A stretch of 64,000 bases of DNA from Podarcis liolepis (taxonomy: Eukaryota), in NCBI GenBank assembly GCA_965112155.1, contig OZ218099.1. One strand, 5' to 3'. The notes beneath the pieces were generated by a model that was given only the letters and a program-made list of their open reading frames with translations, was not told where the DNA came from and made no database searches. Position 1 is the stretch's first letter. Each line of letters starts with the position of its first letter. The translations under genes and the position numbers were made by a program. Below, piece by piece: positions 27,201-39,200 of the stretch.

Positions 27201-30200
27201 CCTTAGGGTCTTACATAGGGCTGTCCATTGTTCTTGGACTGCCCACTCCTCCTATCACAAGGTTCTTCATGTAGGAAGCAATATGCTTGTCATCGCGAAT
27301 TAACCAGCCACACCTGTCTTCACAGACACAACATATGTTTTGGGAAACTACAAAACAGAACAATGTAAGAAGCCCCCACGTCTCTGTCGACAGGGTTATG
27401 CCTGCCCTTACTACCATAATAGCAAAGATAGAAGAAGGAGCCCCAGGAAACACAAATACAGGTACAGAGCCTCAAGATCTGGTGTTTTGGAAGGGACCAG
27501 TAGTTTTGAGTTTTCTTCAAACCTATTGAACCCATTTATGTGATTGCTTCCTTTGTTAAGACACGGACTGTAGTAAAACAAATGGTTCTGTTTATTACAA
27601 GTGGGTCCCAATCAAATACTACTGTGTGTTCTAGGTTGCAGTTCTCAAGTCCAGGGGTGAGAACTGCAGGCCCAAGCACCAAATGTGACCCTCCAGGCCT
27701 CTCTGTCCCAACCCTCAGGACTCTCCCTGCTACCCTTTCTCAGGCACCCCTCAATGGCCCTGCTTTGCACCTTCCTCGAGTGCTTTTGCCTTGCTGGAAT
27801 GTGTGCTAGAGCTGTGATAATGCCTCCTACTTGCATAGATTGAGAAATGCATGTAGGTGTATAGCCATCTCTGACTTTTGCATGGCTGGAATATAGCCTA
27901 CTGCACAAAGGTAAGTCATATCCATTGAACTACCCACTTTTTGCTTCGGCCTACACAACTAGCATGGAAACCTCAGGAAGTTGCCTAGGAGGAAATGCAG
28001 CTGGAAAAGACTGGAAAAGGTTCTCCACCCCTGAATTAGTCCTGTTGAGAGCAATATATTCCGTTTGAAGTTAAGCTCTAAGGATTGGTTCAGATATTGT
28101 TTTTGAGAGGAATAAGGGCTGCTGGGTTGTGTGTATACTTCTGGCAACTGTTAATACTGAAAGTGATCCTAATTGTTATATTTAAGAAAATGTTTTGGGG
28201 CAGTTTCTTAACACTGGTTACTTGTTTTTATGCAACCTCTGAGTGTTCAGAATGGGTGGTGGTGAGAGCACCCTTAATTTTTGTAGCTGGGGTAAGCTAT
28301 TTTGCTATTTCTCACTGTCTGTTCAAGCATCTAGATACTAAAAATGTGGGTTATAAATAATATAATATAATATAATATAATATAATATAATATGGGTGAT
28401 GAGAGCACTTTTTAATCTTCTAGCTTAGAAAGTTTTGCTCTTTTATTTTTCTCTGTTGTAATTTTCCTGTCTTATATTGTTTTGTTTGATTAATTTATCG
28501 CATTTTATCATGCTTCATTTTTTGTTGTATTAATATGCCATTCACCACTTTGAAGCAAGTTACTGTTGTTGTTAATAAAATTAGTAGTAGTAGTAGTACT
28601 TAAAAGTAGTACTTAATAATTGTTGAGATGATATAACTTCAAAAATTGGTGCTGGAATACTACTGCTGTTCTCTTCCTTCCTCCTTCCTTTTTCCTTATG
28701 TATCATGTCTATTAGACTCTGTATCTTTTAATCTCTGTGCAACCCCTAGAATTTGCTTTATAGCAACATAGTGCTAGCACAGTTTTCAGAGTGGGAATCT
28801 CTAGTCCTTGTGAAAATTGTGTTACACGTTGAGACTTAATACTTCAAATAGAAAGGCCACATGAAAAGGTATCTCTCTGAGATCACAGGTTTCCATTAAA
28901 CTCCCACAGTTCATGTTCAAACTGTATTTCAAGCATTGGTCAGACAAGGTACTTGTCTCCTGCTGTTGTGTGCTTTCCTCTTCTGTGGGGGCAAAGAAGA
29001 CTGTCCTCTTGAAAGCCACCAGCTTCTGTCCTAATTCAATGTGACCTGAAATCATATGTATTTAGTTCTGCATAATGAAGTAAAACCTTCCACTGCCTTG
29101 GGAAAAGCTATATTGCAGGTAGCTAAGGTATTCAATATGCAGAAGTAAGTGGCAGGGATATATGGAAGCAGTATACTGGGCATCCCTGTTTGGGACAGTG
29201 AGATAAGTTTATTTGATGGTACCGAGTTGGAATTGGGTTACTTATTCTATACCATTGCTGCCTTCTTTATGCAGGTCATCCCCATGCCCCAGTGTGAAAC
29301 ATGGAGATGAGTGGGGAGATCCCAGTAAGTGTGACAATGGAGATGCATGCCAGTACTGTCACACCCGCACAGAACAACAATTTCATCCAGAGGTACAGTG
29401 AGCAACCCTTCCTGTTGGCTGCCTGGCTAGATAAATGGAGGGGCTCCAGGGTTTATATGTGCTGATAAACAGTAACACTTCTAATAAAAAGTACAATAAG
29501 AACACTGGAAGAGAAAGAATCCAAGGGGTCCTGAGGAGCTGAAATTGCTTGAGATCTTGGATTCTTCACCCATAAGTGCTCCTATTGCCATCTAGACATG
29601 CTGGGAAGAATGTTTCCTTGGACATTGAGAGTACAGCTGGCAGGGGCTGCAGGAACCAAGGTGAGGGGCCAAATGGGGCTTGATGGTTGGATGTAGGAGA
29701 GTGAGAAAATTTGGAGTGGACTATGGCGCATGCGGAAGCCTAGAAGACACAGACAAGAGGCTGAGGGAGGTGCATGAGATCTAGGTAGTACCCTGAGGGG
29801 TTAGGCTGACTCCTTGTCTTGTTTTTCTGAATTTGAGACAAAATTCGTCCAAAATGCGAAAAAAGAATTTTTACTGTCTTATAAGGTATTCAGAGCAAAG
29901 TCAGAACAGTGATGGGGAACTAAATGTCATGAAGGCTTTCAAAGTTGGAACAGAAGGTGTGATGAATTTGGGAACTGACACCTTCCTCCTGTGCATACAA
30001 GGACAGCAGAGTTAGTCTTAGTGTACACAACCCTTATCATAAGAAGACCATGTGTTTTCTAGCAACATTTGATGTTACTGTTGGGACATGGTGTCAGGAC
30101 TGGTCGTTGTCCTCTTCAGATCACCACACAAACGCTTCTTGTTCTTTTATAAAACTTTTTATTGCGTATTAACAAAACATTCTTATAAACAGTTCTTAAC

Positions 30201-33200
30201 TATTATTCCTCAGAGTCACTTCTTTCAGATACCTTCTGAGCTCTGCTTCTCCATGACCAGCCACTCTCAAAATGGCGAAGGCGCCTTTCCCTTCGCTTTC
30301 CCGCTCTTTTATCTAACCTCCTGGCTAGAGCTGGCCTGTATCTCCCCTCCTCCGAATCTGAGCTAGAACTTAACCCTTGCCTTTCCTGTGAACAACCGGT
30401 CCCTCCCTGTTGTTCCTCTTGCTCCCTTCTATTAGATTCACTGCTCTCCTCCCCCCCTTGGGGAATGCTTTCTCCCTCTGATAACCTGAAAACCTCTAAT
30501 TCTTCCCTGACACATGGCTGCCCTGTCTATCAGCAGAATCCTTTCAAACTCTAGTTAAACATAGTTGAATCAGTTCAACTATGCTTCCTTTCCTCTTTCC
30601 CCAAAGACTGCTGTTCTGGCAGCATTGGGTGGTAGGGGCTTTGGGAGTGATTCCCATGGATGCATATACACATGGAAACACTTCTCTTGAATGGATATTA
30701 TACACTTCTTTTGCTCAAATGTTTTCATGTGGTCCAGTTCTGGATCCTGGGTAGAGCCAGTGTATGCACAGGACCATCATTCAGTAAGTTCCAAGAGTCA
30801 TTAAAGCTGCAGTCCTATACACACTTATATGGGAGTAAATCCACCCAAACTTTTGAGTAGACATGCAAAATATTGTGATGAAGTTCTAATCAACTGTATT
30901 AATTATCAATGGTAATAATGCTAAAACTAATTCTGTGAATGTCAAATATAATTTGGGATCAGAGTTATATGTAAAGCATAACTGAGGCACATCAAACTCA
31001 GTTGCATTTCTTGGTATAGTTCTATTTTTTTTAAAAAAAAATCATTATAGATAACTATGTGTGCTCACTTTCATCACATTTTGTGCTTCCCCCCCAGATC
31101 TACAAATCAACAAAATGTAATGACATGCAACAGTCTGGCAGCTGCCCCCGAGGACCCTTCTGTGCCTTTGCACATGTAGAACGTAGGTGGTCTTATCTTT
31201 ATCTAGCAATAAAGTGTAAGCTGTGAGAGAAGTGTCATCCTGGGTTCAAAGTGGGACTTCATTTGCTGGATCAAGCAAAATTCAAAACAAATTACCCCCC
31301 TCCCCTCAGCAAGTCATGGGAAAGAATTCAAAAATAAATATTCCAGTGGATTTTATTTTGTGTGTTGTATCTTTTACTTTGGAAAAGACGCTTTAGCCAC
31401 CAGATGGTGTGCGCTCTAATTGCATTTCCTCAAAATTAAGTAACACCCAGTGGCCACTCAAGGTATTGTACAGTTTTAAGTTTTGCTGTGGGCATTTTGG
31501 GCTGCTGGTTTGTGATTTGCCTGCCTGAGGCTGTGAACACACAATTTCTTTCTGCGGAGCAAAGGAAAGAACTCATCTGTTGTAGTATTTGACCTGATCC
31601 TTTCATGAAGGAGTTTTCTGCTTTTGAGATTTCTTTTTAAGAAGCCAGATCAATGTGGCACAGATCACTTGGTTGGAGTCTTAGAAATGATGGGCAAGAA
31701 TTTTTGGACACTTGATCAAGACATATTTCATAGAGGGAGGAGCAGTGATAGGATTTTCCTCTTCAGCAAGGCACTGGTGAGTATGGATGGGGGGATCTGT
31801 GACTCCCCAGGTGCTGTTGGACTTCAACTCCCAGCCTGGTCAGTGGTTGTGAATGATGGGAGTTGTTATTCAACCACGTCTAGTGGGGCACAGATTCACC
31901 ACCCCTGCTGTAGCTCAACACTGGCATTAAAAGTGAAATAAGCAGTGTCTTGCCCTAACCTGAAATATGTAAGAAGAAAGCTGAAATGGTTTTTGAACTA
32001 CGCACCCTCTGCAAATCACTTTGGAGGAATGAAGGTGAAGCCACCTCCACAAATCCAGTCTGAATCGGTGAAGGTCCTCTCCATTCAACCCTAACCCTAA
32101 CCCCACCCAGATCTTGTCTGCTGAGCTGAAGACTGGATCTACTTCATATTCTTTCCCTTCCAGGTGCCCCAGACATTTCAGGGTGGGCTTGCCACGCAGA
32201 TTCAGAACAACTGTTAACAGCTCTTGTTTCTCCATACATAACATATTCTGCCATATGAATTGTCTAGTTTGCTCTATTGGGAACATGGGATCTTTCCATA
32301 CATAAAAAAATCAATTCTAGTGTTCTGAAATCAAATCAGTATACTAAGGTCTTTCTGTCTCCATTCCAAAACAGAGGGATAACAACTGGGAAAGGGCTAT
32401 TGCCTTTAGGCATCACATCATGGGCGTAGCCAGGATTTATTTCAGGGAGGCAGACTTTATGTTGCGGGGGGGGGGCAGGCTCCCTGGCTACAGCCATGCT
32501 TCACACCTGGGCTTTCCAGAAGTATATGGTTGGACATAGTTGGAAATAGAATGCTGGACTGTGTAGACAGTTGGTCTGATCCAAGAGGGTTGTTGTTATA
32601 GTCTTACGTTCTTCAGGCTATGATTCTAAGCAAGCATACGAAAGAAAACATCATTGAAATTGTAAGCTTGCTTACCTAGTAAATATGCTTAGAATTGGAG
32701 TGTCAGTCATCACCGTCAAGGTATTCTTAGCCATCATTGAACATTAGGGATGGAAACCCTGATTCAGTAGGTCTTTAGAATGAATAGTTACATCTGTCAT
32801 TGCTTTAAGAGTGTAATTTATAATTTTAGGAAAAGCTAAGACACTCAAGGCAACAAACCCAAACATTTATCAACTTTGTCTTATGAAAACTTTCTGTTAT
32901 TTCTGTGCTGGTATGAGGATTGCTGCAAATAGATACGGATCTATGGAACCTCTGCACTTAGGAGAGCCATAAGATCCATTTTCATTTTTCTGCATACATT
33001 GTGTCATGTTTTTGTTTTGCATTTCTTACAGAACCTCCACTTAATGAAGAGTTACAATCAACATCCTCTGTTTCCAGTCCTACACAAACAGGCCCTGTAA
33101 TGTATATGCCCTCGGCAGCAGGCGATTCTGTTCCCGTTAGCCCTTCTAGTCCACAAGCCCCAGACCTTAGCAATGTACGTAGAAATTTTGAAAGTTCTTC

Positions 33201-36200
33201 ACTTTGTAGGTTTTTACTGCAGACTTCTCTAAATATGAATGCCTTCTAGAAGAAGAAGCTGCCCCCTCGGACTCAATTACATTGTGTTAAGGAAATGGTG
33301 CCTATATTTTCCCCATAACATTTACTTTGAATTTGTGGGCGTTGGCAGAGCACTGGGATGCAAAACAGGTTTCCATCTGTGAGCTGAGATTTTGAAGGAA
33401 CATAGTGGCATGGGTTTAAATCACAACTGCCACTTTCAAACTGGATTAGACAAGCTGAGCTGCTTTAAATTTACTTGGAAGTCATTTTCAAGCTGCCATA
33501 TGGAGCAGCCCAAGGCTTTTCTGTGAAATTTAATACTCTTGTAATGCTCCCTGCTTAGAATTTGTCCCATTTGGGAAGTACTCTTTCTTCATCTGAAAAT
33601 GACTGCTTCTAGAACACCTATTCAAATCATTAAAATGTTTGCATGGTTTTGCTTTTCTCCTCTTGAATAAAGTGCTCCAAGCATAAAAGGGAAAGTTCAA
33701 TCTCTTGTTGTGGGTGCTGAGCCCTCTTGTATAGGTCTCATCTGAATTGCTTACCTTGTGAATAGTGGCAGCTGCTCCTAACTAAATGTTTGGGAATACA
33801 GCCTTGGAGCTTGTGTACTATGATATGTTTGAAGAATTTAACCTGGGGTAGTTGCCCTCTGTTTTCATGTTAAGCTAAAATTAAGCTGTAGTTATCCCTT
33901 GGGAGAGTCTTGCATATTTCTAGTGAATCATATCAAGTCACTGTTTAGAAGTAGACATCTTGCTGTCTAGTGGCAAGCTCACACTCTCACCTTTTGGCGA
34001 GCAAATTGTAATGTCTCCTTCCAAGTCCACCTGCTTTTGTCATACTGAAGCACCCTTTGTCTGTTGTTACTTCAGCCTGCTCAGCTGTGTAGGCTGCAAG
34101 CCGAGTGAATGATGTTTTAATTATGCCTATTACATATGACTGATTAAAGCTAAATAAATTGCTCATCCCACATATTCTGTGTTATGTCTTTGTCTTTGAC
34201 TGTAGGTATGGAATAAACCAGGAACTCTGCCAACTAGCCCCACTTCTACTACAGTAAGTATCTACTCTAACTGGGGAGAGAGAGCATTACACAACCTGTG
34301 CTGGTTGAATGAAAATTGTCATTGTAAGAGGCTCCCAAGAGTCCCCTCTTCCTTAATTCAAGCCTCATCTGTTTTACATTTCGAAACAGTTGTTATTTAT
34401 GCCACAGTTCTGTATGTTTGCAGATCAGTAGCTCCCAGCCAACATGGCTTGTTATACCTCCACTGTTGGGAGACAGTATTCTTCCGAATACCAGTTGCTG
34501 GGAATTGCAGATAGGCAGAATACTGTTGTGCTCATATCCTGCTTGCAGGCTTCCCACGGGCATCTGGTTGTCCACTGTGAGAGCAGGATGTTGTGCCAAA
34601 TGGACCATTGACCTGATCCAGCAGGCTCTTCCAATGTCCTTACGGTCAGAGTATGGCATTGGGCACATAATTTAGATTCCCTAAAAGTTTCTAGTCCTTA
34701 TGATTATGAATATGCACACAAACATGTCCTAGCAACTCAAGTACAGAATTCCTGACAAATCACTCGGCTATTAAACATTCTTTAGCAAAGCAATCTTGAA
34801 TGGCTGCATATGTAAAAAACAAAGCTGAGTGGCTTCTGATAATTTGGAAGTTCTCTGTCCCAGTTGTGCATAAATACTAAAGAACTCTCATTTTTCTCAT
34901 TGTTGTGATGGGTCCATTAACCATAGTTGTTTATGACAGGGAAGGATGGGAAGCCCCCAATAAGAGTGATGCAATCAAACATTTCAAAAAAAGTTTTTAG
35001 ATGCTTTCAATTCTGTACTTGTAAGCTGCCTTAAGCATTTTTCTACGGAAAGGTAGGGTGTAAATATTTTAATAAATGAAAACATTAAAAAATATTTATC
35101 AGTTTATGTCAAGGAAGAATGGAACACGTAGTTCATATGGGGCTGTAAATATGTAGGAAAACTGAAACAAAGAATTTGGGTTATGGGAATAAGAGTAAGA
35201 AGCTGCACTGAGTGAAAATATTCAGCACTATGATCGCTATGAACCACTTCCCAACCACCTCTGTTTTCTGAAGCATGGACTGACTTCACATTTTTAATAC
35301 TTTTTTTTTCTTTTAAACTTGAAGCATAGAATTTTAGAATTCTGAAGAAGCAACAAGGTTTTGCACTAGAAATATGTATTCTCCTATGGGATTATGTTGG
35401 CTGTGCTGGTTTCTAAATCTCACTTGAGAAAGCATGAAGAACTTGTGAGCGGAGTGAAAAGAATATGAGATTGTCTCTGGGATCAAGATACGGTTGTGCA
35501 TTTCTGAGACGCTAAAGCACGAAAACTTGTGATTTATGTTCCCAGTTGACCTAGCTGAAGCTAACAACTTAGTTATCTGGAGGTTTTTCCATCAAAGGCC
35601 ATCTGCAATAGTGCAAGACAGAATGTTACAATCCTAGGAATCTGTAACTGCACACTATATGAGTTCCTCTCAAGTTGTGACCTGTGCTGTTTTTTCTTCC
35701 TTCTTCCATTAGATTCTCTGTAGGAATAGCAGTCTTGGAAGCCCATCTAATATATGTGGGTCTCCTCCTGGTGCCATTGGAAAACCCCATAGTTTGGAAA
35801 GCATTGGCTTTCCCACAGATTCAGTAACTGCAGCCAGCAGCTACAAGAAGGCACCAGGATTTGAGCGGGAAGATTTGGTTGGAGCAGAGTACCTAAAGAA
35901 TTTCAAATGCCAGGTAGGTGGGGCATACAGGGAAAGGGGACCTAAGGGTTTCATATTGGCTTTGGAAGCAACTGCCAAAACCACTGCAATATGTTGGTGA
36001 AACATCTTGGTACTTCCCTAAGCTACGAAATTGGCACTAGACAAGCAAGGCACAAGGGCTCCTGGTATTGTGATACATAATCAAGTAATCCAAAGAAAGA
36101 ATCTGAAGCAAACTTTACATATTTTTTACATACCACAAAATCAGCCACCTGGAACTTTCTATTGGGCTAGTCTAGAGACACATTTCTTGAAACATTTTTT

Positions 36201-39200
36201 TCCAGGCAAGGACCCGAGTAAGAGTTCCTTGGCATAAAGAAAATTAACATCCTTGCTATCTGTGTTATTGCACTTATCACGGTATATTTTTAGCCTAAAG
36301 GGATTATTTTTCTTCCTGAAAAAATATCTGAAGAAGTGTACATGCACACGAAAGCTTATACCCAGAGCAAACTTAGTTGGTCTCTAAGGTGCTACTGGAC
36401 TATTTTTTTATTTATTTCGACTGTGTCAGACCAACACGGCTACCTACCTGAATCCCTGAAAAAAGGCATTTAGAATATAACTACAATGATACTTAAAATG
36501 GACATATCTGAATAGTTTCATGAAGATATAAAATAAACTCATGCTTGCAGAGAAGCCACTGGGAATTTAACAGCAACAACAAATTTTATTACAGTCGCAG
36601 ACCAACATAACTGGGACTTTAACATTTATTCTGGAGTATTTATGGAGTAGGATTTTTCTTACCAACTTTTCCTTAAATGCCCATTTTTTTCTTTACCAGG
36701 CATAGACTAAGAAAACATTCCACACTTTCTTTTCATTGTTAATCTCACCACATGAGTACAAAAAGATCACAGTGTAGTACAAAGATTACAGGGCAATCAT
36801 ATGCATGTTTAAAACTTGGAAAGTTTATTTCATTTATTTCAATTGGATTTACATCCAGGTTATCAGTACCATATGTGCTGGGAATCCCCACTACCACCAC
36901 CATTTATTGTCTAATACTTTTTTCCTTGTCTAATGGGCTCTGAACTTTCTGGGAGCAGCCAAATAGAGAAAGTTTTGTTAGAATCCCATAGCCCTCTCAA
37001 ATGCTTGAAGTCAGCAATTTCACATTTGTATACTCCCCCTCCACTCGTCTTTCTTTTTGTTCTGTTTACTGCAGCAGGCAAAGATTAAATCCCATTCCTT
37101 GGAACATAGAACCCAAGAACAGCCTCTGTTACAACCAAAACAGGTATGTTACCCCAAGTTGGCCCTAGACTATTCCTGTGTGTTTATGCCATCTCATCCA
37201 TAGCTTCCAAGCCTACTTGTGGATGCTGGATGATGTATGGGTGGGTGGTGGTATTTTGCTAAGAGTTTTGTTTTTTTTAAATAGTCTCTAACAAATGTAT
37301 ATTCAGATATGTGCAAATGCTGAGGCTGTGCATGTAGAGGAGCATCCAAATTAGAAATCTAAATATGAATTCAGCTGCAGAGATAATTAAAGAAAGGGTT
37401 TAGTACAGCTCATTGAACCTTATTCTGATAAAATTGTACACAATTATGATTATATGATGCCACTGATAATGTATGAGAAGTGTTCTGAAAGAATCAAAGT
37501 TGTCCTTCATAACTGCAGCATACATTTGTTTTGGCACTTTGTTGTATATTAACACTACTGTGAACTGCCTTGAATGTATATTGATATAGAAGTCTGTGGT
37601 ATAAATTATATATATATGTAGAGAGAGAGAGAGACTTCTCTTTCCCAAGGGAAATGAGGAAGAGAGCCTGTTATGTGCTTTTCAAGGCTCAGATTCTACT
37701 CTGAGTCTTGAAAAGTACAGTGGTGCCTCGCAAGACAAAATTAATTCGTTCCGCAAGTTTTTTCTTCTTACGAGTTTTTCTTCTTGCGAAGCACGGTTTC
37801 CCATAGGAATGCATTGAAAATCAATCAATGCGTTTCTATGGAGACCGTCCGGGGACAGAGGGGAAGCGCCGCACGCCTTCCCCTCTGTCCCCGGACCTGT
37901 TTTAAAGCAAGGGAAGGGGCAGCGGGGAGAATCGCTTCTCCCCGTTGCCGCCCCTTGGTTCAAAAGGGGTCCAGGGAGAGAGGGGAAGGCGCGCGCGCCT
38001 TCCCCTCTGTCCCCGGAGATTGCGGGGCTGGCAACGGGGAGAAGCGATCTTCTCCCCGCTGCCCCTTGCTTCAAAAGAGGTCCGGGGACAGCGGGGAAGA
38101 CGCGCTGCGCTTCCCCGCTATCCCCGGAGCTTGCGGGGCAAGCTTCGTTTTGCGAAGCAAGCCCATAGGGAAATGCGTCTTGCGAAGCGGCTAAGAAAAC
38201 GGAAAACTCCTTCGTCTAGCGAGTTTTTCGTCTTCCGAGGCGTTCGTCTTGCGGGGTACCACTGTAGATAGAGCTGGAAGAGAAAGCGGGAAAGGGTGCC
38301 ATTCTTTCAACTTCCTCCTTCAGAACTATTTACTTTTTTTGGGAGGGGGGCAGCAAAAGTTACCACCCTCTCCATCTCATGATGGAAGGGTAAGTGGGAG
38401 AGGAGGCTTTATGGGCACCAGGGAAAGTCCTCAAGAGTTCTGTTGGGCACATGAGCACCATGTTGGCATCCCCAGAGCTAGGGACTTGCTCATACACTTC
38501 TTAAATTGCATGCTGAGAATGAATTATCCAGTGTTTAAATATATGTCTCCCTCTTTCAGGATATACTGGGGATTCTTCCTGTTGGCAGCCCACTGACATC
38601 TAGCATCTCTTCTAGTATCACTTCTAGTTTGGCAGCAACACCGCCAAGTCCAGCAGGCACAAGCAGTGTCCCTGGCATGAATGCAAATGCCCTTCCATTC
38701 TACCCAACCAGTGACACAGTGGAATCTGTGATAGGTAATACTGCCTATACTCATGGGGGCCAGCTCTGAAAGGGAATATAATCAGCCTGGGAAATAGGAG
38801 CATGTTGTAGATCTAGATACCTGGGGAGTTTTTGCAGAATCCCATCTTTCTTTTAGAGGCAGCTAATATGACATACATAGTCTTCCATGCATCATAATTT
38901 CAGCTCTGAATTATATAAAAATGTGTCAATGTGGTGAATTGGATATTATGATTGCTCTGAATTTTTTGTGTAGTGAAATTGATGTCTCGTTTGCTATCCT
39001 TCATCTTACTTTATGCTTGCTAAATTTACAGATCACAAATTTGGCCCAAAGTGCTACTGTATTGGGCCAGTCCAGGACTCTATTTAATTCATGTGACAGG
39101 TGTAATTTGTGGTTGAGCAACTGTTTTCATAAATTTTACAAGGATGAAACTCGGATCTGTACACATCAAGCAGAAGTCCATAGCCAGTCTGTGCCTTAGG

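Noticed and set aside
32087-32103. Telomere-like CCCTAA repeats
   Set aside because: Only about 2.5 units; compatible with chance.
37682-38271. ORFs of 108-136 aa
   Set aside because: They lie within a GC-rich MITE and show no transposase motifs.
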